From IMG/VR virus record IMGVR_UViG_2974641675_000001, positions 66,260 through 130,259 of that record: a stretch of 64,000 nucleotides of DNA; one strand, 5' to 3'. The position numbers and the translations under genes were made by a program. Positions 26,543 to 37,614 of the stretch are shown in pieces; the first letter of the stretch is position 1, and each line of letters opens with the position of its first letter. The notes below the pieces were generated by a model, which saw only the letters and a program-made list of their open reading frames with translations, was not told the origin of the DNA and searched no databases. Origin of the DNA: a virus.

Positions 26543-27136
26543 TTACTCTTCGCAGAGCTTCTTCCACTTGTAATAAGCGATAGCGCCACTGTCAGTCGAG
26601 TGTTCATCGAGTTCTGCGAATTCTGCTGCAGAATGAGCTGCATCGAACTTGGGTAGGATGAGTTTCTTGAGACACTCATGGACTTTCGTCTTACTCTTCA
26701 TGTCCTCCTTACCCACAATACCTACAGCCTTCTTAGCCGTAGGCGGATCGACAAGGTCGAGTTGCATGGTGGGATCGTACTTACGTACAGCCATGCGAAT
26801 GCCGAATACCACCTCCGTGAGCACCGCAAACGCCTGCGGAAACCTCCGCTTGAGAAAGGGCGACTCGGAGATGATGAAGTTCGGACGAACGTTCAGGAAC
26901 ACGTTGTACAGTGCCTCCGACAGTTCAATGATGCGTGCGTAACGCTCACTGTGGTTAAGCACGGTCAAATCATCCAACCGCATCTTATCGGCATTGAACG
27001 TATACGCACACAGACGCAGGATTTCCATCGTACGCACGTCGTATTCGAGCAACGTGCAACCCAGGGTCGTAGACCCCGGGTCGATCCCAACAATGCGACC
27101 GATATGGTCATCGGGTTCGCAGTTATTGGTGAACAT
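26543..27136 (-). CDS. ruvC: RuvC-like Holliday junction resolvase
   Basis: IVGIDPGSTTLG, FIISES and DEHSTDSGAIA give the RuvC acidic tetrad. Confidence 0.8.
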   Translation of the reverse strand: MFTNNCEPDDHIGRIVGIDPGSTTLGCTLLEYDVRTMEILRLCAYTFNADKMRLDDLTVLNHSERYARIIELSEALYNVFLNVRPNFIISESPFLKRRFPQAFAVLTEVVFGIRMAVRKYDPTMQLDLVDPPTAKKAVGIVGKEDMKSKTKVHECLKKLILPKFDAAHSAAEFAELDEHSTDSGAIAYYKWKKLCEE

Positions 27137-27144
27137 ACGAATCC

Positions 27145-28029
27145 TTACGGCGTGGTCAGGCCATTGGTGATGCTGCCATCAACCGCCGACAGAGCGTACA
27201 GCGGTTCATTGACACCAACGTCCATCTCGATCGATACACCGGTGTTGGTTTGCAGCAGCGGGTTGTAGACGGCCACGTGAGCAGCAATCTGGCAACCAAT
27301 CACTTCTGCGAACTGGAACGAACCACCACCATAAGCCGGTGCGTTGATCATCTTGTCAACGCCAGTGCACAGACCCAGTTCCGATACGATCGCATAGCGC
27401 TCGTCGTCGTAGATCACCTTGGCCACGTTCAGCATTTCAGCCACGTCCTGTTCGGTCATGGCGATCTGCATACGAGCACGGGCCGACACGTAGTCAGCAT
27501 TGATCACGTTGGTCGCAGTGTTGGAAAGTTGCTGCGGCGTCGGCGTCAGGTTAGCCTGCGTCGGCACGAAGTTGGTGACGGTAGCGATACCGTCTTGCAC
27601 CTGGGTGTAGTACATGCCCACCGACAGGTTGCTCTTGTCCAGACGACGACCGTAGTAAGCGTAGTACACCACGCCATTGCGGGTTTCTTGACGACGCAGA
27701 ACATACTTGGCGCGATCAATGGCGGTCAGGTCTTGGTTGACTTCGCGCAGCACGAAAGGCAGCTGACCAAACAGGCCGGCGTCGGTAGCGCGGTGTTGTA
27801 CCACTTCGTTGAGCGCGATACCGTCGGTGCCTACGATCATCGAGTGACCACGGTTACCCCAGACGTAGTAGCCCAGACTCGGGCGATCGTCCACAGCCGG
27901 CAGAGTGTCCTTCTGAACACTCAGGTATTCGTTCAGTGTCGTGTACTGCGGATAGGTCTGCGGCAGGCCCAGCAGCAGGCTGGTCATGACATCGGCGCCG
28001 TAAACGGTACGGGTTACGTTATTGTCCAC
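27145..28029 (-). CDS. Virion structural protein (baseplate/tail candidate)
   Basis: 294-aa ORF with GAGG RBS; structural context. Confidence 0.65.
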   Translation of the reverse strand: MDNNVTRTVYGADVMTSLLLGLPQTYPQYTTLNEYLSVQKDTLPAVDDRPSLGYYVWGNRGHSMIVGTDGIALNEVVQHRATDAGLFGQLPFVLREVNQDLTAIDRAKYVLRRQETRNGVVYYAYYGRRLDKSNLSVGMYYTQVQDGIATVTNFVPTQANLTPTPQQLSNTATNVINADYVSARARMQIAMTEQDVAEMLNVAKVIYDDERYAIVSELGLCTGVDKMINAPAYGGGSFQFAEVIGCQIAAHVAVYNPLLQTNTGVSIEMDVGVNEPLYALSAVDGSITNGLTTP

Positions 28030-28107
28030 TTGAAATCCTCAAATCTTAAATAGGAAGGAGGTTGGCCGGCGCTATGTCCGGCCACTACACAATAAAAGGG
28101 CGTGTAA

Positions 28108-30354
28108 TTACTGACTTGACACTGCCCAAGTATCGACGTAACTGGCCAGTTGGGTATCCAGCGGCAGTGCTAGGAACTTCTCCATACCAGGAACAATGGT
28201 GAGGTTACGCGGGTTGCTCACACCAGTCATGTCAACCAAACAGTCGTAGGTGTTTTCGACTTCTAAGCGACGACCGATACGCATAAACGGAATAGGATTC
28301 CCGTTGTCATCTTTTCTAGCACGACCAAACTCCGCGTTCGGTAGATTAACCGGCATGCTCCGTGAAGTATCGCGACGATTGACATACATCACCGGAAACT
28401 TATTGATGTCCAGCAACCGTTCAGCAAAACCTTGCGTCGAGATATCAGACGGCTCGACAAACGGAGTGTCCATGTAAATCCGCTGACTCGTATTGAGATC
28501 GAGATCATCCAGACGAACCTGGGTAAAGCCCGCATTCAGCACCGGTCCCGTGTTGATGTTCAGGCCGATTTGGATACTGTAGCTCGACAGATCAGTCAGA
28601 ATACCAGCCATAGCGCGCTGGATATCCTTGAGCGTAATCGTTGCGTTCAGATTCGCACCGGTGGCTTCCGCTAGGATGATGTTGGCGACCTCCAACAGCT
28701 GAGTGTTGTTCAGATCCTTGATCACAATGTTGCGGGAAGCGAACCACTCCGCGTAATTCTGATTCGGATGATCACCAATCGTGAACTTCTCATCACCCCA
28801 GAGCCGTGCTACCGCAGCTTCTTTCTGACCGCGAGCCGTCATGCCCTCTTCCAGTGCTGTCAGGCCGTACTGCTCGTTTGCAGCGTTGAAGAGATTCACG
28901 CAGTGGCGACGGAAAGACTCCACCGAGATCATCGGCGTAACTGGCGGCATCGTAGCACGAGCCGCAGCCAGCCAACCATCCGGTACAAACTTCGGCTGAC
29001 ACACTTGACGCATGGAGTCCAGCGAAGCCAGCGGGATTCGCATCACACGGTTCGCATATACCGTCGGCAGGTTATCGATCTCGAAACCCAGACCCTTCAT
29101 GAACGCATAAGCGTAGAAAGCAAAAGCATCGATTGGCGACAATGACAGCCGGACACCAGTCGACGGAATCGTGAAGTTGATGTAGGCTTGGTAGTAACCT
29201 TTATAAGCCAGCCACAACCAGTGTTGTAGAACGATATCGGCCATCCGATACTTCTCGGAGTCCGTGTAGTCCACCACGGTCGATTGCAACAGCTTGGTCG
29301 GGACATGCGGCAGCAATGTGTAAGTCGCGGTCTCTTCAATCTTCGGCTGTTCGTCGTCACGGTAATCGTGGTTGATCGGATTGATCAGGTCCTCGATATC
29401 CAGCACCTCGTTCAGACTGTAATGGTCTTTGTTGTCGATGTTGGCCGAAGTATTGAGCGGCTTCTTCTCGAATACCACCAGCGGCAACAGACTTTCAGTC
29501 GGCATCAGTTCAGACGAATGCAGCAACGAGAAATGCCCCATCGGCAAACGACGCTCCGTGAACGTGCGCTGTAGCAGCTCATCGAAGATTTCCTGACGAC
29601 CGTTGTTGTTCTCGATAAAGGCCAGATTGTGATAGAAGAACATCGCCTGGCTGCGAGACATATATGGCAGGTACTTATCGAGCTTGGAGTGGCTGGCCAG
29701 ATACTGCTGCACGTGGTAGCTGTGCACCTCATGCGTAAACGTCATGCTGGCTCGGATGTTCTCGATGGCACCGGGTAACGATGCATACAGCACCGCCAAC
29801 ATCCCGGTCAGGTACAGGTTGTCGGTGTTCTGGTATTGGATGTTGTTCCAACGACGATAGAAGCCATTGATCCAATCTTGCAGCGCCGGAATCAGACTCG
29901 GTTCGTTGTCTTCTACCAGACTAGCCGGGTAAGCGAGGATCTGGCCGTCGTATGCAGCAATAGCCGTCGCCATATCAGCTGGATACAGAATCCCTCGAAT
30001 CAGGTTTTCCTGATCGGGGTACTTCTCGACCAATTCTTTGTAGTATGTTGTGCCAAAGGCATAAGCCTTCTTTGTGGCGCGGTGAAATTCCAGATTTTCC
30101 TTGGAAAAGATGATCTCCTCCAAGCTATCGAGCGAGGTAATGGACATTACTTCGTCGCTTGCAAAATACTGACCAGTAATGTTCAGGTAGTATTTCCAAG
30201 TGCTGGGGTCGAGTTCGTCATAACTCGCATTCGTGTACGTCAACACCCATTGGTTAATCGACTTCGCCGCGTCCTCGCATTTCAACACGATGCTGGAAGC
30301 CAAATCGAAAATGTCATTGACGTAGATTTGGTAGTATTTGTTTTCCACTTCCAT
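28108..30354 (-). CDS. Large virion structural protein (baseplate candidate)
   Basis: 748-aa ORF divergent from the portal candidate. Confidence 0.65.
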   Translation of the reverse strand: MEVENKYYQIYVNDIFDLASSIVLKCEDAAKSINQWVLTYTNASYDELDPSTWKYYLNITGQYFASDEVMSITSLDSLEEIIFSKENLEFHRATKKAYAFGTTYYKELVEKYPDQENLIRGILYPADMATAIAAYDGQILAYPASLVEDNEPSLIPALQDWINGFYRRWNNIQYQNTDNLYLTGMLAVLYASLPGAIENIRASMTFTHEVHSYHVQQYLASHSKLDKYLPYMSRSQAMFFYHNLAFIENNNGRQEIFDELLQRTFTERRLPMGHFSLLHSSELMPTESLLPLVVFEKKPLNTSANIDNKDHYSLNEVLDIEDLINPINHDYRDDEQPKIEETATYTLLPHVPTKLLQSTVVDYTDSEKYRMADIVLQHWLWLAYKGYYQAYINFTIPSTGVRLSLSPIDAFAFYAYAFMKGLGFEIDNLPTVYANRVMRIPLASLDSMRQVCQPKFVPDGWLAAARATMPPVTPMISVESFRRHCVNLFNAANEQYGLTALEEGMTARGQKEAAVARLWGDEKFTIGDHPNQNYAEWFASRNIVIKDLNNTQLLEVANIILAEATGANLNATITLKDIQRAMAGILTDLSSYSIQIGLNINTGPVLNAGFTQVRLDDLDLNTSQRIYMDTPFVEPSDISTQGFAERLLDINKFPVMYVNRRDTSRSMPVNLPNAEFGRARKDDNGNPIPFMRIGRRLEVENTYDCLVDMTGVSNPRNLTIVPGMEKFLALPLDTQLASYVDTWAVSSQ

Positions 30355-30382
30355 CCACCTATTCAGTTCGCAGGATTCTTAA

Positions 30383-33247
30383 ATGTCTAAAGGTAACGAA
30401 AATTTCGCCCATGTCGTGAGTCTTCACGAAAGCAGGAAACGAGTGCCTGTCTTGCAGCTGGTACGAGACAAACCGCTGTCGGCACTGCTGTCGAAAGCTG
30501 TTGACCCCACGATCCCGGTCCAGCATACGGCCAACGGAACTCGTAAAGTCGAAGCACCCAGCTTGGGTGCGTTGCACAACATTGCGTCCCGTACGGCTAA
30601 TAACATCTCGCACGCCGACACCGTGATGCAGATGCTGCCGGACATGCAGCTCGGCGCACAAATTCTGGTCAGCTCGGTGATGGCACCGAAGGACATGATG
30701 ACGTTGGAGCTGTCGTACTCGACGACTCCCGGCATACTGCCTCCGACGGTCCTGGCTACGGTCACCCAGGCCGTGCGCGATCATTTCGATAGCGTCTATA
30801 AAATTAAGAACAAGATTCCTCGTGTTCTGCACGAGATTCTGTTCGAGAAGGGTTCGCACGTTGTCGCTGTGATTCCTGAGAACTCCATCGACGAGATGAT
30901 CAACCGCAGCAACGCGATCTCGATGGAAGCCTTCCAAGAAGCCCTCGGTGTTCCGCGCGGCACACCGCTGTCGGCTAAAGATGCACTCGGCGCAGGCCTG
31001 GGCTTCCTCGGCGCTGGTTCCGGTGGCTATAAGGAAGGCACCAAGACCAAGACTCGTCCTGGTTTGGAATCCATGACCTTCGGCGTTGGCATCGAGAGTC
31101 TGGAAAGCACATACCAGTCGTACTCGGTCAACCAGCACGAATTCTCGCAGGCAGTGCATTACGAGTCTTCTGACGGTAAGTTCTCGGCTCTGGAAGGTCT
31201 GTACGTGACGGATAACCCGAACGTGCTGCGTATTCCGAAGATCGAGGAGAAGCTGCGTCGTGACACGATCAATGCCAAGATGCGCTTCAACAACACCTCG
31301 CTGGCATTGGAAGCGTTGGGTGCTAGTCAGATCAAGCTCGATGACCGCAGCCTGAAGAACTTGATCTACAAGCCACGTAAGCGTGGTGTAGAGCCACTGC
31401 AAGCTTTCAAGACCGAAAATCAGCTGAACCGTCGTTCGGTGGGTCATCCGCTGGTGATGGAGTTGCCTCCGGAGTCTGTGATTCCGGTATGTACACCAGG
31501 TCAGGAAGATCGCCACGTTGGCTACTTCGTGTTGCTGGATCAAACTGGTAACCCGGTCAAGGCCATGAACGAGAAAGACTCGTTCGGTGAGATGTCGGCT
31601 AAGCTGATGAAGGCGTCGAATCAGACGACCAACATTGTCAACCGGTTGCGTCAACTGACGGAAGGCCTGCAGTGTTCGGAACAGGAATACACGGACGTGA
31701 TGGTGCGTGTGTATGCTGATATGGTGGAGCAAGACCTGCTCGCCCGGCTGCGTAACGGCGTCTATGCGAACTCGGTGTCGCTGGCCAAGAACACAGACTA
31801 CTACCGCGTGATGTTGTCGCGTGTATTGGCTCAACAGAGCACCACGATCCTGTTCATGCCGGCAGATATGGTGACTTACTTCGCCCGTAAGTACAACCAA
31901 TACGGCATCGGTGTCTCCATTCTCGATGAGATGAAGATCCTGAGCAACATGCGTGCAATCGCGATGATGGGTAACACCATCCTCGGCATCAAGAACTCGA
32001 TTCCGCGTACTCAGGTAAGTCTGCAGATCGACGAGACCGATCCTGATCCGTACAAGACGTCGGAAGTGGTGCTGAACGAAATCGCTCGCATCAACCAGAC
32101 TGCTGTGCCGTTCGGTGCTTCGGCTCCGGTGGACATTGCCGACTACTTCCAGCGCGCACAGTACCAAGTGCGCGTAACCGGTCACCCTGCCATTCCGGAA
32201 ACGAACATCGAGTACGAGGAGAAAAGCTCCAACTACCAGAAGGTCGATACGGATCTGGAAAAGAGCCTGCAGGAGCGTGCGCTGATGGCGATGGGCCTGA
32301 ATGCCGACCACATCAACAACGGCTTCAATCAGGAGACCGCAACTTCGGTTGTGGCCAACAACCTGATGCTCTCGCGCCGCGTGATGACCATTCAGGATCA
32401 GGTCAATCCGCACATCACGGACTACCATCGCAAGATCATCCGTGCAGATGAAATCCTTCAGGAAGAACTGCGTGAGATTCTGTTCAACGCTTACGACGAA
32501 CTCGAAGTTGATGAGGAAGAAATCGCTAAGGCGCTGGGTGAAGAGCATAAAGCAAACATCAAGCAACTCGTGATTCACCACATCATCAACGATTTCGTGG
32601 AAGGTCTGGAAGTGACCCTGCCGCGCCCGAATACGGCGACGGTTGACAACCAGATGACTGCGCTGAATAACTACACCGATCTGCTCGACAAAGCAATCGA
32701 AGCCTACCTGTCGGAAGACTTCTTCACTGATGAACTCGGCGGCGAACTCAGCCGTAACGTCGATAGCATCAAGAAGATGATCCGCGCACACTTCATCCGT
32801 CAGTTCATGGCGGAGAATGCAATCCTGCCTGAATTGGCAGCGATGGTGACTCTGAACGAGCAGGACGAGCCGGAAATCAACCTGTGGGAAACTCAGGCTG
32901 AGCTGATGAAGAAACTGATGTTGACCTTGTCTGGTTTCATGAAGAAGATTCAGAAGACTAAGCAAGACACCAACGAAGTGATGGATCGTCTGAATCAGAC
33001 GTCTGGCGATCCTGATGGTGGTAGTGGCGGTGGAAGCGATTGGGGCGGTGGAGGCAGTAGCGAAACCGAGCCCGATGGTGGCGCGGCAGGTTCCGATCCG
33101 CTCGGCGGTGATGGTATGGACTTCCCGGGTCTGGACGATCCTACCTTGACTGATGGTGCCGATGCTGGCGCTGGTGCTGGTGCTGGTGGTGAACCGGAAG
33201 CTCCTAAAGGTCCGGAAGCTCCTGAGTCTGAGGAACCGACGCTATGA
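30383..33247 (+). CDS. Probable portal protein (phiKZ gp129-like)
   Basis: 954 aa; position relative to MCP/RNAP matches phiKZ-like order; internal GLES/GIESLES/ALE protease motifs; acidic Gly/Pro-rich tail. Confidence 0.6.
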   Translation: MSKGNENFAHVVSLHESRKRVPVLQLVRDKPLSALLSKAVDPTIPVQHTANGTRKVEAPSLGALHNIASRTANNISHADTVMQMLPDMQLGAQILVSSVMAPKDMMTLELSYSTTPGILPPTVLATVTQAVRDHFDSVYKIKNKIPRVLHEILFEKGSHVVAVIPENSIDEMINRSNAISMEAFQEALGVPRGTPLSAKDALGAGLGFLGAGSGGYKEGTKTKTRPGLESMTFGVGIESLESTYQSYSVNQHEFSQAVHYESSDGKFSALEGLYVTDNPNVLRIPKIEEKLRRDTINAKMRFNNTSLALEALGASQIKLDDRSLKNLIYKPRKRGVEPLQAFKTENQLNRRSVGHPLVMELPPESVIPVCTPGQEDRHVGYFVLLDQTGNPVKAMNEKDSFGEMSAKLMKASNQTTNIVNRLRQLTEGLQCSEQEYTDVMVRVYADMVEQDLLARLRNGVYANSVSLAKNTDYYRVMLSRVLAQQSTTILFMPADMVTYFARKYNQYGIGVSILDEMKILSNMRAIAMMGNTILGIKNSIPRTQVSLQIDETDPDPYKTSEVVLNEIARINQTAVPFGASAPVDIADYFQRAQYQVRVTGHPAIPETNIEYEEKSSNYQKVDTDLEKSLQERALMAMGLNADHINNGFNQETATSVVANNLMLSRRVMTIQDQVNPHITDYHRKIIRADEILQEELREILFNAYDELEVDEEEIAKALGEEHKANIKQLVIHHIINDFVEGLEVTLPRPNTATVDNQMTALNNYTDLLDKAIEAYLSEDFFTDELGGELSRNVDSIKKMIRAHFIRQFMAENAILPELAAMVTLNEQDEPEINLWETQAELMKKLMLTLSGFMKKIQKTKQDTNEVMDRLNQTSGDPDGGSGGGSDWGGGGSSETEPDGGAAGSDPLGGDGMDFPGLDDPTLTDGADAGAGAGAGGEPEAPKGPEAPESEEPTL

Positions 33248-33468
33248 GTGCGGTCGCCCTTCTTCTAGGATCGATCTTCCTGTTCCTAGGTATCCGTATT
33301 TCCATGGATGCGAAGGTACTCCACATGTTGGGGTTCCGGCGTGAAGGGAAATGGATGGCCCATGCAGCTTTGGCAATGGCTGTGTTGGGATTCGTGTTTT
33401 GGAATGCTGGATCGCCCAAACCGAGTATCGTCACTGCTTCTGCGTCTGAAACCTATTTGCTTAGGTGA
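33244..33468 (+). CDS. Small two-TM membrane protein
   Basis: ATGA overlap with the portal stop; two hydrophobic helices. Confidence 0.55.
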   Translation: MSAVALLLGSIFLFLGIRISMDAKVLHMLGFRREGKWMAHAALAMAVLGFVFWNAGSPKPSIVTASASETYLLR

Positions 33469-33486
33469 AGGCAAAAAAAAAGATGA

Positions 33487-33535
33487 CGACATAAGAGCGA
33501 GAGGACCCATCAGGGTCCTCTCGCTTTTTATGCCG
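33487..33535. terminator. GCATAA/TTATG-flanked bidirectional hairpin
   Basis: CGACATAAGAGCGAGAGGACCC-ATCA-GGGTCCTCTCGCTTTTTATGCCG. Confidence 0.65.
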
Positions 33536-33686
33536 CCACTCAAAGATTGGCTTTTCCCCTAAAGGGATTGGGTGGAAGAGTACAACTGGATGGTGGTGGA
33601 ACTCCTAATGGGTTAGGGCTAGCGTAAATCCATCCGGAACTAAGGCAGGCTCCTACACCCGTCATCCTACCTTAGTTCTCTTTTAT

Positions 33687-35807
33687 TTACGCAGCTTTCG
33701 CTTCCTTGGACAGGAGGAAGCAGTCTTTGTTCAGCATGCCTTGGTGCAGGCGATAGCGAACGTTGTCCTTGGTGATGAGGAATTGCTCCGAGTTGGGTTG
33801 ATTGCCGATGGCTTTCTCGAACGTGCTGCGAGCGATCTGATGCAGAGCACCCAGCGAGTCAGCCTGGATCACGGCAGCGCCTTTGGTCGGTACGCCGATG
33901 GCTAGTTCATTGTCCGTGTAGTTCACCCACACGGCGCAGATGTTGCGCTGCAAGAACAGCACGCGAGCGAGCACTGCATCGCTCAGTTCTTCGTTGCCCT
34001 CTGAGATCAGCACGGCTTGTGCATGATGCACGGCAGTCGGGTCGGTAGCCGGCACGACATGCACGTTGTTTTGCAGGATTGCAGTTTGCGTTGCACGCAG
34101 CTTTTCGGCAAACAGGGCGCCGTAGTGCTGTTCGACCGCAGCCACGATTGCCGGACCGTCTTCGGAGAAGTCCGAGATACGGATGCCGACACCCATTTCG
34201 CAGTCAGTTGCACGGTTGACGGCCTGGGTGAGCAGGTCATTCACCAGCTTGCGTGCCAGCGGATCGCGGATCTTGCCGATGTAGCTGGCTGCTTCCGCGA
34301 AGTCCTTGCTGCTGGAGATTGCCTTGATCACGATAGCATCTTCGGCAGCATCGTCAGCCGATGCGTAGACCACTGCCGAATTCACTTGCGAGCGACGAGC
34401 GTAGGCATCCGGCACCGATTCGCTCATCTCGGCCGTGAGGCGAGTCGTGCGGATCGAGCTGTCCACGTCTTCTTCAGCGCAGAACTTGTCTGCGATGATG
34501 ACGTTGACGGTCACTTTGTCTGCCGGCGCATACAGCACCTTGGCCTTTTCACTTACCGGGCGTTGCGGTACAGCCGGGTCCGGTTGGCCCTTGGTCGGGT
34601 CGATCGCGTGTGCTTCATAATTCATGGCAATTTCCTTTTGCTCCTGGGTCAGTTCTTGCAGAACAGCAATGATCAGACTGTCCTGCTTGGTTTCAAAATA
34701 ACGCACGGTGTGGGTACGTTTGCACCATGCCGGATGGAAGCGCTGCAGGCGACTCGGCTTCCATGCTTCCGCACCGTCTTTGCGCTCACGGATAACATCC
34801 ACCACTTCATCGCCCATCTGGACGCTGAACAACGGCTTCTGCTCGACCGGAGCCGGCGCTTCAGTAACGGTGGTTTCCAGCGGCTTGCTGAAATCCGTTA
34901 CGTCGCTGTCGAACTTCGCTGCGGCGCTACGTGCAGCTTCGTCCACCGGCGGCTGGCTAGCCGTCGGGTTCGGACGGCGCATACGTGCTTGGTAACTCGA
35001 CATCGCATGAGTCGGTTCACCCTCCGTATTCACCAGACCGCTTTCTTTCAATGCATCTTGCATTGCTCCTTCCACCTTGCCGAAAATCTTCTCGGCTCGG
35101 CGACCGTAACGACCATGGCGCTGGCCAGCGTCGTTGTTGTAACGACTCTGAGTCACGCCGTATTCGCTACCAGTGCTTTCCACAAACGCACCAGCACCCT
35201 GACCGCGCAGCGCGCGAGCATCGCGCAGAGCTTCCTGCGTCGAGCCACTCACCGTACCGAAACCACCGCCGCCACTGCCAGTACCCATCTGGCTGAACGG
35301 CACGTACGCGACTTGGTTCTGAGCCAGCGCGATCAGGTAGTTCCAGATCTCAGCGTTCTCACGAACAGCCGCTTGTTCTTGCGGCGGCAGCGAAGCCATG
35401 AACTGCGGATCTTCAGCGGCCATGGCCGAACCGCAGCACTTCACAGCACGAGCGATCGTGGTGTTGGCTGCAATGTCCAGGTTGCGCCATTCACCGGCTT
35501 GGACACCATAACCCATACGCATGATGATGGTGTAGACCAGGTCTTCGAAGCTCTTGTTGTTGAACGCGTTGTCCGAGATCACCTCGAACATGCCGACGCG
35601 CAGCGGGTGACCGCGCAGCGCTTGCTGCTGGATCTCGTTGATGGTCATCAGTGCGATCTGCGGCGTAGCCTGGTCGTACGGTTGCCCGATCTGGAAGTTC
35701 CAGTTCTGGAACTGGACGCCGATCTGGTTGACGTCGTAGATTTCAACTTGGGGAGCCTGTTGCTGTTGACCGCGGGTGAACATCCCGGTTTGGTGCGAAT
35801 GTTGCAT
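33687..35807 (-). CDS. Hypothetical phiKZ-like core protein (706 aa)
   Basis: AAGGA RBS; strong codon bias; lies downstream of the RNAP subunit. Confidence 0.7.
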   Translation of the reverse strand: MQHSHQTGMFTRGQQQQAPQVEIYDVNQIGVQFQNWNFQIGQPYDQATPQIALMTINEIQQQALRGHPLRVGMFEVISDNAFNNKSFEDLVYTIIMRMGYGVQAGEWRNLDIAANTTIARAVKCCGSAMAAEDPQFMASLPPQEQAAVRENAEIWNYLIALAQNQVAYVPFSQMGTGSGGGGFGTVSGSTQEALRDARALRGQGAGAFVESTGSEYGVTQSRYNNDAGQRHGRYGRRAEKIFGKVEGAMQDALKESGLVNTEGEPTHAMSSYQARMRRPNPTASQPPVDEAARSAAAKFDSDVTDFSKPLETTVTEAPAPVEQKPLFSVQMGDEVVDVIRERKDGAEAWKPSRLQRFHPAWCKRTHTVRYFETKQDSLIIAVLQELTQEQKEIAMNYEAHAIDPTKGQPDPAVPQRPVSEKAKVLYAPADKVTVNVIIADKFCAEEDVDSSIRTTRLTAEMSESVPDAYARRSQVNSAVVYASADDAAEDAIVIKAISSSKDFAEAASYIGKIRDPLARKLVNDLLTQAVNRATDCEMGVGIRISDFSEDGPAIVAAVEQHYGALFAEKLRATQTAILQNNVHVVPATDPTAVHHAQAVLISEGNEELSDAVLARVLFLQRNICAVWVNYTDNELAIGVPTKGAAVIQADSLGALHQIARSTFEKAIGNQPNSEQFLITKDNVRYRLHQGMLNKDCFLLSKEAKAA

Positions 35808-35885
35808 GATGTTTTCCTTTAAAGTGTTTATTCAGTAACTGTGGTGAATGTTTCGGCACAAGGCGCGGGTTTCCCCGCGCCTGCT

Positions 35886-37562
35886 TTACTGTTGCAGCAC
35901 GGCGCGTGTGGTCAACTCGAACTGAGCGATCATATCCAGCAGATTCTCGAACTTCGGATTCCGCATGATACCAGTGCGCGTGTCATCGAGCAGCATGTAG
36001 TGGTTGATCTTGCTGCGGCCGTCCGGATCGGACTTCGGCATGCAGCTGATCGCCGCCACTTCTGCAATCGATGGGTGAAGACGACGCGACGGATCATTAG
36101 CAGTACCACGATCACCTGCCTTCTTGACCATTTTGGATGTTGCGGTCTGAGGAGTCAGGGTCGAGGTGGCTTTGAACGCCATGTTATCGCCGGAGTAGCT
36201 GATCGATGCCACTTCGCCATGCGACTTGCCAAGCTGGTAACACATACCCGGCTTCAGGTTTTCCTTCATGTGCTTTTCGATGTCACGTTCGGTCAACTCC
36301 TTGCGGGAATTGGCCTTCAGTGCAAAGAACAGATTGAAGATCGCCTTCGTAACGTCAAACAACACGAAGTACAGCACGCTCAACTCTTTGTTGTACATGC
36401 TGTTGACCTTGTCCTGATTGTTCGACACCCAGAGGGAGAACTTATCCGCGATGATCGCGAAGAAGTCGTAGATGTCGTTGATCTGGAGCCCAATCTCTGC
36501 CATGTTGTCGATCACCATCGAGTCAGCGTAGTCATCCAGAGACGACAAGTGCTTGCGCACTGCTTCTTCGATTTTGCCTCGGTTATTGTTTTCCGAGAAC
36601 AACATGTAGCCCATGGGGGCAATCCAACCGTCTGGCGAATTCACCAGGTTCGGCGTGATTTGCCGCGGGAAGTAGTCGGCCACGTAGAACAGTGCAGCGA
36701 TGTACGGCAGAACAGCCGGACTATCGTCGCTCTTCTTAATAGCCACCTGAATCTCTGGCGCGCGCCAGTCGATGTACTTCTTACGCCGCGTCATCCCCTT
36801 CGGCGGAATGCCTTGGGTGGTGTAGATGTCCCATTCATTCGGGTCCAGCTCTTGGTCGAGGTGGTTGCCTACCATAGGCGTGATGCCCAGGTATTTCTCC
36901 AGCGTACCAGCAAAGCCGTACTTGCAGAACAGGTAATGCGGCATCGACGTGAAGGCGTTGTTCGTCGCTTGCTTGTCTTTGTCCTTCCGTTGGTGATAGA
37001 TCCGGCTATGCACCAGATCCGTACGAGTCACCTGGCCATTCTTCTTAAACCAAGCACCCAAACGAGAGAACGTCAGGCGGTCGCGCAACAGACGTACGAA
37101 GATTTGCTCAGTACCCACCGAGATCACGCGATCAGCCAGCACTGGCGAGATAAACCACTTCGTGCCGCTGATATAAATCGAACCACCTTGCCCAACGAAG
37201 GGCAGATAGATCGGGCGCTTCTGAAGCGGCTTTCCTTGGAAGGAGAAGCTCAGCTCCATGAGGAAGAAGTCGGTACGCGAGGTGTCGTACGTTTTGCTGC
37301 CGGTGTTTTTCTGTCCCGGCGGTGTTTTCACCTTTCGCTTTTTGTTTCGAGGCTTGAGCGAGGCCCGGTATTCCTCGAACGGATCGCAGATACGATAGGT
37401 ATCGTAGGTCAATCCATCAGGGAAACCGTGGGCGGCAGAACGAAGCACTTCGTCGACGTAAGCGCAGACGTGCTTCATGTGCACCCGTGCCAAACCACCC
37501 GCCAAGTCCATGTTGATCTTGGGAGATCGATCTTCAATGAACTTAACAAGATCAGGATGCAT
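35886..37562 (-). CDS. Split RNA polymerase beta-type subunit, N-terminal part (phiKZ gp123-like, non-virion RNAP)
   Basis: RPIYLPFVGQGGSIYISGTKWFISPVL resembles the RpoB N-terminal G.F.ING.ERV block; C-terminal RRLHPS..EV..I..PKSDP; synteny two genes from MCP. Confidence 0.75.
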   Translation of the reverse strand: MHPDLVKFIEDRSPKINMDLAGGLARVHMKHVCAYVDEVLRSAAHGFPDGLTYDTYRICDPFEEYRASLKPRNKKRKVKTPPGQKNTGSKTYDTSRTDFFLMELSFSFQGKPLQKRPIYLPFVGQGGSIYISGTKWFISPVLADRVISVGTEQIFVRLLRDRLTFSRLGAWFKKNGQVTRTDLVHSRIYHQRKDKDKQATNNAFTSMPHYLFCKYGFAGTLEKYLGITPMVGNHLDQELDPNEWDIYTTQGIPPKGMTRRKKYIDWRAPEIQVAIKKSDDSPAVLPYIAALFYVADYFPRQITPNLVNSPDGWIAPMGYMLFSENNNRGKIEEAVRKHLSSLDDYADSMVIDNMAEIGLQINDIYDFFAIIADKFSLWVSNNQDKVNSMYNKELSVLYFVLFDVTKAIFNLFFALKANSRKELTERDIEKHMKENLKPGMCYQLGKSHGEVASISYSGDNMAFKATSTLTPQTATSKMVKKAGDRGTANDPSRRLHPSIAEVAAISCMPKSDPDGRSKINHYMLLDDTRTGIMRNPKFENLLDMIAQFELTTRAVLQQ

Positions 37563-37614
37563 AGTGACGCTCCAATGAGAGATGGGTTAGTAATCGATGC
37601 GTGTTGAGTGTTGG

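Noticed and set aside
33540-33686. Short region with GGATGG/CCATCC and GAACTAAGG/CCTTAGTTC pairings
   Set aside because: Only ~140 nt of 3' UTR between convergent genes; too little evidence to call an RNA
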